A DNA stretch of 42,871 nucleotides from Conidiobolus incongruus B7586. Its lineage: Eukaryota. The stretch covers positions 1 through 42,871 of the forward strand of contig JNEM01010563.1 of the NCBI GenBank assembly GCA_000697335.1, given 5' to 3'. The translations under genes were made by a program, and so were the position numbers. Every line of letters starts with the position of its first letter. The stretch's first letter is position 1. Shown one piece after another: positions 37,749 through 42,871 of this stretch. The notes under the pieces were generated by a model that was given only the letters and a program-made list of their open reading frames with translations, was not told the DNA's origin and did no database searches.

Positions 37749-40165
37749 ATTGATTAATAATTTAATAGATATAATTTACTAAACTAAGCTTTCATTTAAA
37801 ATACTCACTCTATTTCTTATTTACACCATTTACTATGATATTTTGTATTATAGTATGTGATAATGATTTTTATAATAAAATTGTTTCATACTAGCACTGG
37901 CTCAAATTTGATGATTTTAATTCATGCTTTTAATATAAGATATTTTATTAAAATCTGAACTAATTATATTTATTATGACACGAAATAAGTTTTGGAAAAA
38001 TTCAAATTGTATTTTAAAATTAATGTAATAAATATAAAGTAACAAAATTAATTTATAGTAAACTTAATAGTTTCCTTGATCTAATATAATATATTTCCAA
38101 ATTTTTGAAAGTTTCTTAACCCTATCACAAAGATCTCGTTGGTTCAGAAATCTAATTTCCATATTCAATTTTCCATTAATTTTATTGAATATTTTAAATT
38201 TCTATCTAGCATAAAAGTCCTTTAATCGCCTAAGTTCTTTGAAACCTTAAAGGTTTATATCTTGAAAATATGGTGAATATAGAAGTAAAGTCCTTCTTAT
38301 TGAATTGATAATGTCACAAACAATGCATGCTTTATGGAGTTTGGTATAATCATGAATTATTAGCGACGTGTGAATTTGTCAAAATGAACACCATTTTAAT
38401 AAGAATCTCTTAACATGAGATGAATTATTTTTCTTGATTATAAATTATTCAATATATTTTGTAAATATATTAAAAAATTTTCAAATTATGGATTGATAAG
38501 ATTTAATATTTTATTCAACTAATTATAAACACTTTATATTTTCCATTTCATATTAAATTCATTAGATTTCAATTTAGTATTATTATTTCATTTCTTTATT
38601 TTTTGCAGCAAATTATGTATTTTTTTAACTATTGTGCTTTCTCATATATCATTTACTTATTAGCTTTGCTGACAATTCAAAAATATATTATGTATCATAT
38701 TATGAGTGGTGATTCCTTTGGGTTATAATAGTTTGAAACATTTAAAATCCATATCATTGATTGAGTTTTTTATTCAATTTATTGTGATAAATAGATTTAT
38801 GATTGGATATTTTAACTTAACTGAAACTATATAATATGAATTAAGAAATGGAGTAAAGAATGGATATCAACTTTTATCAATAAAAACCATATATCTAATA
38901 ACCTAGAATTTATAACATATTTATTAAAGTTTTAAATTATTATATTTATTTACTGTTTTTAAAGTTATTACTAATATAAAGATATCTATTTGAAGATATT
39001 AGATCCTAAATCTTTTTTTAATAAAAATCATATATGCCTTTAATTGATATGTATTTTCTTGGACATATCCCTTGATAATTACTAAGAATTCATTTTTATA
39101 TATCTTTGGACTTTATAATTTAATTTTCTAGGTTTAATTGCCCATCGACACTAAATTCTAAGATTTCCTATAATGTTGTATTGCCATTTGTTAAACCTAT
39201 TAATTTAATAATTATTATTACCAAGATAAAAGGTGATTTTTTCTTAATTTTTACCAAGTCATGGTGAATAATATTGATAAATGTATTTACAAAACAATAT
39301 AATATAATGAAGGTTCTTTGATGAAATTTATTTATGATTCAATAATACAAATCAATATATCTTTTCAATTAAAGATTGCAAAGTCCACTTGTGATATATT
39401 TAATATTTTGAAATTATTTAAATCACAGTGCAGGCTTTGTTTTAAAATGTTTAGGTTGATAACTTGTCTTTTCATGAAATTATATCATCTCAAAATTTTT
39501 CTAAAACCTTTTTCACAAACCAATAATATAATCATATATATATTAAACTCAACTAATATTTGTTTAAATTTATATAATCTACAACTTTTAAAATATAATC
39601 ATGCAAGGAATTTGAACCTAAGAATTCACCAAGATATTACAAACCACAACATTATTATTTAATTAATTGTCTTTAGCATAATTTTTGGATAAAATCATTT
39701 TAATATAAACATTTCATTAACTGAAAAATAATGATTTCATTCAATTCATTCCTGGCGCTTTATTTAACTGAAAGAAAATGTATTATTTTACACTAAAGAT
39801 TGTTTTATAAAACTTTCAGTTCGCATATTTCAAATTATTAAATATACTTAAATTAATAAATTTATATAATATTAATATTGTCATGTTAAAATGAGAAAAT
39901 AGATTCTAAAATATCATAATTTAACATTTAATATTTTAGTTAATGATAAATGTAACTTTAATAATTTTATCACATGAACCTCCATGAATGCTGATTGGCT
40001 GATTTAGAAAACTTGATGAAATGGAGAAATGAATGAATAAGAATGAAATAATAATAATCTAACATGATTCAATTAAATGAATAGAATAATTATCTTTCTC
40101 TTTCAATTATAATTAACATATTATATAAATATATTAAAGATCTTTTAATTTTTTAATTAACTAAA

Positions 40166-41065
<900 letters not shown>

Positions 41066-42115
41066 TAATTTGTAAGTGCATACTATCTTTTAGTCTATTA
41101 CACTACCTCTTCCTAAATTAGTTGGAATTTATATTTTCACACTATCATTTTTACCTTAAACGAAACTCCTTTAATTTTTAAAATAATTCTTTCACTCAAA
41201 TAAATTTTTTATATAGTCATGCTTAAGGAAATCGATCTTATACCCATTTACACATTTTCGTTTGACTGAACTAGAAGTTGAGCTTGTTTGCTATTACTTT
41301 GCTATTATAAATTTATTAAATAATATTTTTAATTTACAATATTTTGATTAAATTTACTTGAGTTAGGATTTTTACAATAAATTATTCAAATATTAACAAA
41401 ATTACCATCTCTCAAATCATTTTTATAGATTTAAGTTTGTTTATCATATTCACCAGCATTAATTAATGTTAAATGGAATAACATAGATAAAAAGTTAATT
41501 TAATCGTAATATTGATTATTTCATATTTATTCAGATTTTCATTTGTTCATCATATATCAATTAATAAACATAAATTTTTTTATTCAAATTATTATTAATA
41601 TGTTTCATTGAAAATCATCCTGGTTATTCCAGTACTCTCCAAGGAAAATGAGCATGATACATTTTTCATTGAAATATTATTATCCTATTTTCTCAGTGCA
41701 TTTCCATATTACAAGTGATTTTCCACATCCTCTAAAAAATATATTTTTGTATATTTTTTTTGATATTTTGAATAAAAAATAATACATAATTTGTAAGTAA
41801 TTCTCTATAATAATTAAAATTAATTAATATTTCTTTAGATATTAAAAAATTAATAATTAATTTCAATAGTTCTTATACTTTTATCATTCATATTTAATAA
41901 TAATTAAAAAAGTTTGATAAAAAAATATAAAAATGGGTGTTAAATATGAATAACTATAGTGATTTATACAATTTTAAATAATGATTTTATTTAAAGTATT
42001 AAGTAAAATTAATTTATTATATTGATGTGATGTTTAATACAGAGTGGATAAATACTCGGATATTAAAAAATGAAAAAAATATATTTGTGAAAAATTTTCA
42101 AATAGTATAGAATTA

Positions 42116-42186
42116 TGCAATGGCGGGGAATCAAACCCCGGTCTACCGCGTGGCAGGCGGTAATTATACCACTAAACCACCATTGC
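42116..42186 (-). tRNA. tRNA-Gly(GCC) with a T-loop variant (TTTGATT)
   Basis: Reverse complement GCAATGGTGGTTTAGTGGTATAATTACCGCCTGCCACGCGGTAGACCGGGGTTTGATTCCCCGCCATTGCA. All stems pair and the anticodon is GCC, but C56 is replaced by T. Confidence 0.85.
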
Positions 42187-42871
42187 ACGGGTCAACATAA
42201 GAATTTAAACAATATCAATATTATTAAACAACTCTTAAGCTCATTTATTATATACCTTTAGTTAAAATTTTTAAATTCATTCTTTTAGTTTATAATTTCC
42301 AAATTTCCAAATTTTAAATTATCAGTTTTATCTATCTCATTTTCCACTATATATATTACATTAAAAATTTTTATTTAACATAATATTTATTCTCTATACA
42401 TTTTAACTCATTTCCCCCTAATTTATATTATTTTAAAAGATTTTTTTTTCAATTTTCTAAATTAATTATATATTTTATATTTTGTTATAATAAATATAAT
42501 ATATAACTTATGTATATAATTAATAATACTAATATATTTTTTATAATAATAAAATATTCTAAATTAAATATTTCATAAAAATTTATAATATGTAATTTTT
42601 ATTAAATTAATATCAAGTATTAAAATTTATTAGAATATAATGGAAAAAATTTTGAATTTAATAAAATTATTAGTAAATAATAAGAATAAAATATAAAAAA
42701 TTGTATTTTCTTTATATTATTTAGGTGTTTATCATATAACTATTTATATTTTTATAGAATTTTGCTTAAAATAATATAAACTTATTACTTTAATAATTGA
42801 TACTATTTATTATTATATAATAAGTATTTAATATCGATTATGAAATATCATAATATAATAAATTAAAAAAT

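Overview
Very AT-rich eukaryotic DNA with short (mostly 50-70 nt) GT-AG introns and fungal-type housekeeping genes. It looks like an early-diverging fungus; an Entomophthoromycota/Conidiobolus-like origin is my inference, not a database result. I can support 15 protein-coding genes: a YML020W-like hydrolase, an OCA-family pseudophosphatase, TRM7, BNA4/KMO, a C1-domain Pex24/DysF peroxin, SPC3, an AlkB dioxygenase, UMP1, CDC7, a TMEM135-like protein, RpiB, a Ser/Thr kinase, UXS1, mitochondrial uL10 and YPT7. There is also one tentative small spliced gene, tRNA-Pro(AGG), tRNA-Gly(GCC) with a T-loop variant, a decayed Leu-type tRNA carrying an AAT anticodon, an alcohol dehydrogenase pseudogene and a probable solo LTR. 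No operon-like, CRISPR or biosynthetic-cluster system is evident. The most striking unexplained signal is a (A/T)CCCA(T/C)AA motif in sense orientation about 80-270 bp upstream of most start codons, a candidate lineage-specific promoter element. Exon boundaries were read by eye and need RNA-seq confirmation.
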